A stretch of 64,000 bases of DNA from Actinomycetota bacterium (GTDB lineage Bacteria; Actinomycetota; UBA4738): assembly GCA_050692195.1 (NCBI GenBank), contig JBOGVA010000056.1:6700-70699 (forward strand), given 5' to 3'. The notes beneath the pieces were generated by a model. The model was given only the letters and a program-made list of their open reading frames with translations, was not told the origin of the DNA and searched no databases. Below are positions 21,154 through 27,903 of the stretch, piece by piece (positions within the stretch are counted from its first letter, which is position 1; the number at the start of each line of letters is the position of its first letter). A program made the translations under genes and the position numbers.

Positions 21154-21639
21154 ATGAGCGACCCGCGGGTCGGTCTCGGCATCGACATCCATCCACCGGC
21201 CGCGGATCGGACCCTCTTTCTTGGTGGAGCCCGATTCGATGGCGAGCCCGGACTCGCCGGTCACTCCGACGGTGACGTGGTGTGCCATGCGCTGGCTGAC
21301 TCCCTGCTCGGCGCTGCAGGCCTGGGGGATCTGGGCGATCACTTCCCAGATACGGACCCCCAGCACGAGGGCATCGCCGGGCTCGACCTGCTCGCTCGGG
21401 TCGTGGCCAAGCTCGCCGAGCGGGACCTAGCGCCGCGTCGGTGTGACCTCACCCTGTTGGCGGAGCGGCCTCGCATCGCGGACCGCAGGGATGAGATCCG
21501 GCGCAACCTGGCTGCCGCTCTGGCCGTGCCACTGGACGAGGTCTCCTTGAAGGCGACCAGGCCGGAGGGGTTGGGCCTGCTGGGGAACGGCGCCGGCTGC
21601 ATCGCCATCGCCACAGTGGTGCGGATCGCGGGACGTTGA
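21154..21639 (+). CDS. ispF: 2-C-methyl-D-erythritol 2,4-cyclodiphosphate synthase
   Basis: GLGIDIHP...GHSDGDVVCHAL..FPDTDP motifs. Immediately follows ispD. Confidence 0.9.
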   Translation: MSDPRVGLGIDIHPPAADRTLFLGGARFDGEPGLAGHSDGDVVCHALADSLLGAAGLGDLGDHFPDTDPQHEGIAGLDLLARVVAKLAERDLAPRRCDLTLLAERPRIADRRDEIRRNLAAALAVPLDEVSLKATRPEGLGLLGNGAGCIAIATVVRIAGR

Positions 21640-22418
21640 GCCGGCCCACCGCCCCTCGGGACGCCGGGGGCCGCGCCGGTGGAACTTCGCGCGTCTTCGC
21701 GGTCGGGGGCCGGCGGGCCGTCGCCGAAGCCGTTCGGGCGGGGCGAGCCCGGAGGGTGCTGGCGGTCCGTGGATCCCGCCGAACTCAGGCCTTGCGGGCA
21801 CTGCTCCAGGAGGCAGAAGCCACCGGCCTGACGATCGAATGGGCGGACCATCAGGGCCTCGATCAGCTCGGCCTGGCGGATCATCAGGGTGTGGCGGCGC
21901 TGGTCATGCCCCCTCCAGAGCTCGACGAGCGCGACCTCCACTCCCGGGCCTTCGACCGAGATGCACTGGTGGTCGTGCTGGACGGGATCACTGACCCCCA
22001 GAACCTGGGCGCCTGCGCCCGCTCGGCCGAAGGGGCCGGCGCCGCCCTGATGTTGGTCAGGAAGCGCCGAGCGGCTCCGTCCACGCCCGCAGCGGTTCGG
22101 GCGTCGGCCGGGGCGCTCCTTCACCTGCCGGTGGCTCGTGTCCCGAACCTTCCGAGGGTCCTCGAGCACCTGAAGGATCGCGGGTTCTTCGTGATGGGCC
22201 TGGACCACCGGGCGCCGGCCGATCTGTACGGGCCGCTACCTCCTCCAGGGCCGCTGGCGCTGGTGGTGGGATCGGAGGGAACGGGCATCTCCCGGCTGGT
22301 CCGCGAGTCGTGTGATCAGCTCGTCTCCATCCCGATGTTCGGCAGGACCTCATCGCTGAATGCCGCCGCCGCTCTCGCCGTGGCCTTGTTCGCGTACGTG
22401 CGCCGACCTCGAGGGTGA
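21636..22418 (+). CDS. rlmB: TrmH/SpoU-family 23S rRNA 2'-O-methyltransferase
   Basis: LDGITDPQNLGACARSAEGAGA, LVVGSEGTGIS and SLNAAAALAVALF are SpoU motifs. The start overlaps the ispF stop. Confidence 0.8.
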   Translation: MSRPTAPRDAGGRAGGTSRVFAVGGRRAVAEAVRAGRARRVLAVRGSRRTQALRALLQEAEATGLTIEWADHQGLDQLGLADHQGVAALVMPPPELDERDLHSRAFDRDALVVVLDGITDPQNLGACARSAEGAGAALMLVRKRRAAPSTPAAVRASAGALLHLPVARVPNLPRVLEHLKDRGFFVMGLDHRAPADLYGPLPPPGPLALVVGSEGTGISRLVRESCDQLVSIPMFGRTSSLNAAAALAVALFAYVRRPRG

Positions 22419-22456
22419 TGCGGCCATGGCACGCCGCGCTGCTACGATGCCATCAG

Positions 22457-22533
22457 GCTGGCGTGGCGCAGTCCGGTAGCGCAAGCGACTTGTAATCGCT
22501 AGGTCGTGGGTTCGAATCCCACCGCCAGCTCCA
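22457..22533 (+). tRNA. tRNA-Thr (anticodon UGU), CCA encoded
   Basis: Cloverleaf folded by hand. Acceptor GCTGGCG/CGCCAGC, D stem GCGC/GCGC, anticodon stem AGCGA/TCGCT with loop CTTGTAA, T arm GTGGG-TTCGAAT-CCCAC, then T-CCA. Confidence 0.9.
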
Positions 22534-22546
22534 TCCGACCCAGGGT

Positions 22547-23620
22547 TCATGGCGTGAGCAGCACGACGAGCTTGTCCGTGCCGGACTCGGCACCCCACAC
22601 CTCCCCCGGCCGGCCGAGCAGTTGCCGGACCTCGGCACCCGGACTGGGGAAGGGAAACGCGTCGAATCGCTCCGCTTGCGAGTCGAAGCGGACCAGCGCG
22701 TTGGAACCGAAGTCCGTGACCCAGACGATGTCCTCCTCGTCGACGTAGACCGCATAGGGCTGGGGAGTGCCCCCCGGCAGGGCCCACTCGCGCCACGACC
22801 GCCTCGTGGGGTCGTAGCGACCAAGCTTCCCGGCGAACCACTCCGTGACCCACAGTCGGCCTCGCGAGTCGCTCCAGACGCGCCGAGCCCCGCCTCCCGG
22901 CGTCGGCACGTCCACCACGGTGAGCCTGCCGTCGGGGGAGTCGATCCGAGCGATGTAGCTGCCCGCCAGCGAGGCCAGCCACACCGTGCCGTCGGGCGTC
23001 GCGGCGATGCCGTACGGGCCGCCACCCCGGGGCGCGTCGAAGACCTGGACCGTTCCTTCCCCCGGATCCACCCGCCCGTATACGCCGCTCTGGCCTGTGA
23101 ACCACAACACGCCATTTCCGTCGAATGTCGCCGTGTTGAGATTGGCGTGTCCCGCCCGCGGCAGAGGGAAGCTCGAGCCCTCGAAGCTCTCGGGATCGAC
23201 GCGTACGATCGCATTGAGGCCTCCGTCGGTGATCCAAGGTGCCCCGTCCGGTCCGACGATGACGCCGTGGGGGGACGATCCTTCTGCGAGCGGAACGTGA
23301 CGAGTGCGGCCACTGGCTACCTCGAGCACTCCCAGCTCGCCCGAACGCTGGGCCGTGTACCAGACGCGGCCGTCCTGCGCCGGGGCAACGTCGTGGGGGC
23401 GGGTACCCGCCGGCACCGAAAACTCGCGGAACGAGGGTTCGGTTGCCGGCCTCGGCGATGTGGTTTCTTGTGCCGGTTCGCTCGGCTGGATGACGGTGGG
23501 GTCCGGGGTCACCTGCCGGGCCGCCGAAGGCGACGAAGAAGTACAGGCGGCGGCGATCAGTAGGCCGACCGCGAGCGCCGGCAGCCCCCGGCCGGTCCGT
23601 GAAGGGACTCCCACTGGCAT
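22547..23620 (-). CDS. Vgb (streptogramin lyase)-like six-bladed beta-propeller lipoprotein
   Basis: Six repeats of the type G..P.G...G.DG..W.T......I.R.DP. Lipobox LLIAAACTSS after the internal ATG at 23620. Confidence 0.7.
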   Translation of the reverse strand: MPVGVPSRTGRGLPALAVGLLIAAACTSSSPSAARQVTPDPTVIQPSEPAQETTSPRPATEPSFREFSVPAGTRPHDVAPAQDGRVWYTAQRSGELGVLEVASGRTRHVPLAEGSSPHGVIVGPDGAPWITDGGLNAIVRVDPESFEGSSFPLPRAGHANLNTATFDGNGVLWFTGQSGVYGRVDPGEGTVQVFDAPRGGGPYGIAATPDGTVWLASLAGSYIARIDSPDGRLTVVDVPTPGGGARRVWSDSRGRLWVTEWFAGKLGRYDPTRRSWREWALPGGTPQPYAVYVDEEDIVWVTDFGSNALVRFDSQAERFDAFPFPSPGAEVRQLLGRPGEVWGAESGTDKLVVLLTP

Positions 23621-23699
23621 CAGGTCGGCAAGTCTGGCATGCCGTGGCGAAATGGGAGGGAGACAGGCCGTTGGAGCTCCGGCGTCGGAGAATCGCCAT

Positions 23700-25244
23700 G
23701 TGCTACTGGAAGAGATCGTCCGCACATCTGGGGCGGTGACAGAGGCCTCTGGCCGCCTGACGAAGATCGAGCGCCTGGCTGCGACGTTGCGGCGCCTCCG
23801 GCCGGAGGAGGTGCCCGTCGCCGTGGCCTATCTATCCGGCGTGCTTCCGCAGGGGACGATCGGGGTGGGCTGGGCCACCCTTCGAGACCTCCCATCCCCG
23901 GCTACGGCTCCATCCACGCTGGAGTTGTTACAGGTGGACGCGGCGCTGGCCCGGATCGGGGGAGCGGCTGGGCCGGGGTCGCAGGGCGCTCGCCGGCAGG
24001 AGCTCGCCGAGCTCTTCGGGCGGACAACGGAGCTCGAGCGGCAGTTCCTGATCGGGTTGCTGCAGGGAGAGTTGCGGCAGGGCGCCCTCGAAGGGGTGAT
24101 GGTCGAGGCGGTAGCTCGGGCGGCCGAGGTCCCCTCCTCTGAGGTTCGGCGGGCCCTGATGGTCGCCGGGGAGCTGGGCGTCGTGGCGGCGGCCGCCATC
24201 GCCGAGGGCCGAGATGGGCTGGCGCGGTTTCGCCTGGCCGTTCTGCGACCCATACAACCGATGCTTGCTCAGATTGCGGACGACCTCCACGGCGCGCTGG
24301 CCCGGATCCGACCGGCCGCGGTGGAGTGGAAACTGGACGGTGCGCGCATTCAGGTTCACCGCATGGGGGACGAAGTTCGGGCGTTCACCCGGAGGCTTGC
24401 CGACGTCACCGAGCGTATCCCCGAGATCGTCGAGGCGGTTCGCCGCCTTCCAGTCGAAGCGGTGGTCCTGGACGGCGAAGCCATCGCCCTCCAGGCGGAC
24501 GGACGACCTCACCCCTTTCAGCTGACGATGAGCCGGTTCGGGAGCCGGCTCCGGGTCGAACAGCACCGACACGCGCTGCCTCTTTCACCCTTCTTCTTCG
24601 ATTGCCTCCATCTGGACGGCGACGATCTCATCGACCGACCCACCGCGGAGCGCTTCGCTGCCCTGGCGGAACGAATCCCAGAGGCATTGCGAGTTCCGCG
24701 TGTGGTGGCCTCAGGGATCGAGGAGGCCGAGCCGCTCCTCGAAGCCGCACTGGAGCGCGGGCACGAGGGCGTGATGGTCAAGGCGCTCGGCGCGCCCTAT
24801 GAGGCAGGGAGAAGAGGAGCGAGCTGGCTCAAGGTGAAGAAAGCCCACACGCTCGACCTGGTGGTGCTGGCGGTTGAGTGGGGACACGGTCGGCGCCGAG
24901 GGTGGCTCAGCAACCTGCACCTCGGAGCCCGTGATCCCGACACGGGGGGGTTCGTGATGCTCGGCAAGACCTTCAAGGGCATGACCGACGAGATGCTCGC
25001 CTGGCAGACCGAACACTTGTTGCGGCTAGAGATTCGGCGCGACGACTACACGGTGTATGTGCGCCCCGAGCTGGTCGTCGAAGTGGCGTTCGACGGAGTT
25101 CAGGGGAGCGCTCGTTACCCGGCGGGCCTGGCCCTCCGGTTCGCCCGGGTGAAGGGCTACCGGCCGGACAAGCGCCCGGAGGAAGCGGACACGATCGACA
25201 CCGTGCACGCCATCCACGCCGGCTCGGCGGGTCCGAAGACGTAG
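23700..25244 (+). CDS. lig: ATP-dependent DNA ligase
   Basis: Adenylation motif EWKLDGARIQVH, EGVMVK, and an OB-fold region LVVEVAFDGVQ. Start reassigned to GTG 23700 (VLLEEIVRTSG...), because the ORF-track extension overlaps the divergent gene. Confidence 0.9.
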   Translation: MLLEEIVRTSGAVTEASGRLTKIERLAATLRRLRPEEVPVAVAYLSGVLPQGTIGVGWATLRDLPSPATAPSTLELLQVDAALARIGGAAGPGSQGARRQELAELFGRTTELERQFLIGLLQGELRQGALEGVMVEAVARAAEVPSSEVRRALMVAGELGVVAAAAIAEGRDGLARFRLAVLRPIQPMLAQIADDLHGALARIRPAAVEWKLDGARIQVHRMGDEVRAFTRRLADVTERIPEIVEAVRRLPVEAVVLDGEAIALQADGRPHPFQLTMSRFGSRLRVEQHRHALPLSPFFFDCLHLDGDDLIDRPTAERFAALAERIPEALRVPRVVASGIEEAEPLLEAALERGHEGVMVKALGAPYEAGRRGASWLKVKKAHTLDLVVLAVEWGHGRRRGWLSNLHLGARDPDTGGFVMLGKTFKGMTDEMLAWQTEHLLRLEIRRDDYTVYVRPELVVEVAFDGVQGSARYPAGLALRFARVKGYRPDKRPEEADTIDTVHAIHAGSAGPKT

Positions 25245-25261
25245 TCGCAGCCGAAATCTCG

Positions 25262-25681
25262 TTACGACAGCGCGGGCGCGGCCTGGTACGTGTCGGGGAG
25301 CGCGGTCCCGGTATCTGCCGTCTCCACCTCCACGATCTCTCCTCTCATCGCAGCCAAGGCACCGAGGAGCTCGCCCTGTTCGGCCTTCGGGATGTTGAAG
25401 TGGTCGAGGGCGGCCACGAGGTCCTCCACGAGGGCATCGAACTCGCCGGCGGTGACCCCCATCCCCGTGTGAGTCTGCTTCATGCTCCGACCCGTGTAAG
25501 TGCATGGGCCACCGGTCGCCTCGCAGACTTGGTCGACGAGCATCTTCTTCAGCCGGGGGATGTCAGTCCGGGCGAATTTCGCATTGATGCGGTCGTCGTT
25601 CGCGCACCTCGCCACCAGCTCGTCCACGACCGCGACGATGGCGTCTTTGCCACCTAGACGCTCGTACAGGGACTGTGCCAT
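25262..25681 (-). CDS. glbN: group I truncated haemoglobin (trHbN)
   Basis: SLYERLGGKDAIVAVVDELVARCANDDRINAKF...MLVDQVCEATGGPCTYTGRSMKQTHTGMGVT is a trHb group I pattern. Confidence 0.85.
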   Translation of the reverse strand: MAQSLYERLGGKDAIVAVVDELVARCANDDRINAKFARTDIPRLKKMLVDQVCEATGGPCTYTGRSMKQTHTGMGVTAGEFDALVEDLVAALDHFNIPKAEQGELLGALAAMRGEIVEVETADTGTALPDTYQAAPALS

Positions 25682-25719
25682 CGCGTCTCACCTCCCAGGG
25701 ATCCGGGTCCGCCGGATGG

Positions 25720-25756
25720 AACCTACAAATGTCGCGATTATCCCCTTGACGCACGG
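25720..25756 (+). repeat. left terminal inverted repeat of the IS element
   Basis: aacctacaaaTGTCGCGATTATCCCctTGAcGCACGG. The core at 25730-25744 is the exact reverse complement of 27816-27830. Confidence 0.65.
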
Positions 25757-25942
25757 ACACCCTTGTGATACGCTCGGGGTGAGATGGGTCATTTCTTTCT
25801 TCTGACCGGGGGTTTTGGCGGATTCGAGGCCGCTTCCTTGGCCCGTTCCCTGATCTTTTTTGGGAACAGTCGTTCCATGGCTTCCTCGGTGGTCCACTCC
25901 TTCGGGTCTTTCTTCTTCGGTCTAGGCAGGGGGGCCTCCTAG

Positions 25943-26929
25943 ATGGACACCAGCAAGGGACACAACGTCAAGGTCAATCGCGAGCGGCAGAACATGAACC
26001 TCGTCAAGCTCATCGAACGGTTCGGCTCCGAGGATCGCTGCCGCGCCTACCTCGAAACGCTCCGCTGGCCCGAGGGGATTCGGTGCCCTCAGTGTGGCTC
26101 CCAATCCATCTCTCGTATCAAGACCCGCAACCAACTCGATTGCAATAACTGCCGCACTCGCTTCTCGGTCAAGTCGGGGACCGTATTCCACGACTCCCAC
26201 CTTCCCCTCTGGAAGTGGTTCCTCGCCACCTACCTCATCACCGAGGCCAGGAAGGGCATCAGCGCCAACCAGCTCAAGCGCACCCTCGGAGTCTCCTACA
26301 AGACCGCTTGGTATCTCTGCCATCGAATCAGGTCGGCCATGGTTGACGGAGCCATGGAACCGCTGACGGGGATCGTAGAAGCCGATGAAACCTACATCGG
26401 CGGGAAGCTCAGGAAGAAGTTCAAGACCAAGAAGGAAGCTGCCATCGGAAGGCTTGCCAACAAAACCGTTGTTCTCGGAGCCATCGAGCGCGGCGGGAAG
26501 GTCCGGCTCCGTGCCGTTGAGGATGTTGGCCAGGACATCGTTCACGGTTTCATCCGTGAGACTGTTGGGGACGATGCCGACGCTGTCTACACCGATTCCC
26601 ACCGTTCGTATCGAGGGGTTGGAGACCATAACACCCGGCACGAGTGGGTTGACCACTCGGCCGATGAATGGGTCCGCGGGGACGTTCACACCAACAGCAT
26701 CGAGAACGTTTGGAGCCTGTTCGACCGCGCCGTGATTGGGAGCTATCACAAGCTCAGCAGGAAGCATCTTCCCGCCTACCTCAAGGAATTCGAGTTCCGG
26801 TTCAACGGTCGGGAGAACCGCTACCTGTTCCGGGACACGCTCCGGGCGCTGGTCAGAGCAGATGCGCTGACCTACTCCGATCTCACCGGGCAAGGCGGCC
26901 CCCCTCGACGACGAACAGGTCGTGCTTGA
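25943..26929 (+). CDS. IS1595-family (ISXO2-like) transposase
   Basis: N-terminal zinc ribbon CRAYLETLRWPEGIRCPQCGS...CNNCRTRFSVKSGTVFHDSHLPLWKWF, followed by a DDE-type domain with VEADETYIGGK. An alternative start is ATG 25994. Confidence 0.85.
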   Translation: MDTSKGHNVKVNRERQNMNLVKLIERFGSEDRCRAYLETLRWPEGIRCPQCGSQSISRIKTRNQLDCNNCRTRFSVKSGTVFHDSHLPLWKWFLATYLITEARKGISANQLKRTLGVSYKTAWYLCHRIRSAMVDGAMEPLTGIVEADETYIGGKLRKKFKTKKEAAIGRLANKTVVLGAIERGGKVRLRAVEDVGQDIVHGFIRETVGDDADAVYTDSHRSYRGVGDHNTRHEWVDHSADEWVRGDVHTNSIENVWSLFDRAVIGSYHKLSRKHLPAYLKEFEFRFNGRENRYLFRDTLRALVRADALTYSDLTGQGGPPRRRTGRA

Positions 26930-27710
26930 CGGGGAGATCAAACCCGTTGTTATCGGCGAACCATTCCACGTCGTACTCGCCAGCCTTGAGAGGAAGTCCG
27001 GGAGCGTCCTTCCAAAGCTTGTCAGGGAACAAGCATCCCCGACTCGGTTCGAGTGGAACCGCCAGCCCAAAACTGTTGTTTGCTTGATTCCAGATCGCTT
27101 CCCCGAATGGACCAGTTACCTTGCAGAGATATACGGCAAGCTTGCTGTCATCGAGACTCTTTACCCCGAGCCACACGCCTTTCATACCGACCTCGGGGAG
27201 GGGACTCCAAGCATGCCACGCGGCCCAGTTCGGGAGCCCCAGTTCGAGACGTTTCTTGTCTGCGGCCTTCACCACGACCTGTGCGCCGCACTCGGTACAA
27301 CGCGTCACCGTGACCTTGTCACCTTCGACGGAAGTCTTTTCTTCTACTTCTATGTAAGTGTTCGGACACTCGGGTTTGTGGACAATCCGGCTTGGGGCTG
27401 AGGGGTACCGAGGCGCGGCGACGGCCAATAGACGGTCCCCCACCGTCCGATTGACGGCACGCTGTCCGATCTCGGGAGGGAAGTGGCTGCTTTGGACCTT
27501 ACTTCGCTGCTCACGCCATACAGGCAGGACCACGAACAGCACGAACACCGCGAGACCTGCGAGGACGAATAGCCATGCCACGAGGTCCGCATCGATCCAG
27601 CCGAGGATGGACCACCAACCAGCGAGATCATCGCGAATCCCACCAATCCCGATGATAGCCAGCACGGCAGTCAAGACCGACCATCCGACTCGCCGCTTGT
27701 CCCAGCCCAT
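26883..27710 (-). CDS. hypothetical membrane protein with CxxxxxC...CxxC zinc-ribbon-like motif (IS passenger gene)
   Basis: The ATG at 27710 is preceded by GGGGGAAG. Two TM helices (WSVLTAVLAIIGIGGI, LVAWLFVLAGLAVFVLFVVLPVW). ECPNTYIEVE...CTECGAQVV. No family recognised. The 3' end overlaps the transposase 3' end by 47 nt. Confidence 0.5.
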   Translation of the reverse strand: MGWDKRRVGWSVLTAVLAIIGIGGIRDDLAGWWSILGWIDADLVAWLFVLAGLAVFVLFVVLPVWREQRSKVQSSHFPPEIGQRAVNRTVGDRLLAVAAPRYPSAPSRIVHKPECPNTYIEVEEKTSVEGDKVTVTRCTECGAQVVVKAADKKRLELGLPNWAAWHAWSPLPEVGMKGVWLGVKSLDDSKLAVYLCKVTGPFGEAIWNQANNSFGLAVPLEPSRGCLFPDKLWKDAPGLPLKAGEYDVEWFADNNGFDLPVKHDLFVVEGGRLAR

Positions 27711-27803
27711 CTGCTTCCCCCTTCTTCGGGTCCGCGACTCTTTTTTTTGTTCGTCGCGAACGTCGAAGAACGGCGGCATCGTAGCACGGAACAGCCCCGC
27801 CTG

Positions 27804-27836
27804 CCGTGCATCAGAGGGATAATCGCGACAAATGTT
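27804..27836 (-). repeat. right terminal inverted repeat of the IS element
   Basis: Its reverse complement reads aacatttGTCGCGATTATCCCtcTGAtGCACGG and matches the left end. Confidence 0.65.
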
Positions 27837-27903
27837 GATGGGAGCAGGTCAAGCCCCGGGTGGTTCCAAGCGTCGGCGCCCTCGACCCTGTTGCCCCCGC
27901 CGC

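Larger units (their letters stand above)
25720..27836 (+). mobile_element. IS1595-family insertion element (~2.1 kb) carrying a transposase plus one passenger gene
   Basis: Imperfect terminal inverted repeats with a perfect 15-nt core. Possible 5-bp direct repeat GATGG at 25715-25719 and 27837-27841. The interior is visibly less GC-rich (for example T8 at 27741-27748). It encodes an ISXO2-like transposase. Confidence 0.65.

Noticed and set aside
25688-25897. A 69-aa minus-strand ORF, and a 29-aa basic ORF (MERLFPKKIRERAKEAASNPPKPPVRRKK), in the left arm of the IS element.
   Set aside because: No SD and no recognisable family. They lie in the region expected to hold the inverted repeat and the transposase promoter. 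They could be remnants, but there is nothing to support a call.
27832-27903. First Met of the 855-aa ORF-track model.
   Set aside because: Codons 1-2 fall inside the right inverted repeat of the IS element, so this start would be created by the insertion. ATG 27904 or a later start is more plausible for the native gene.
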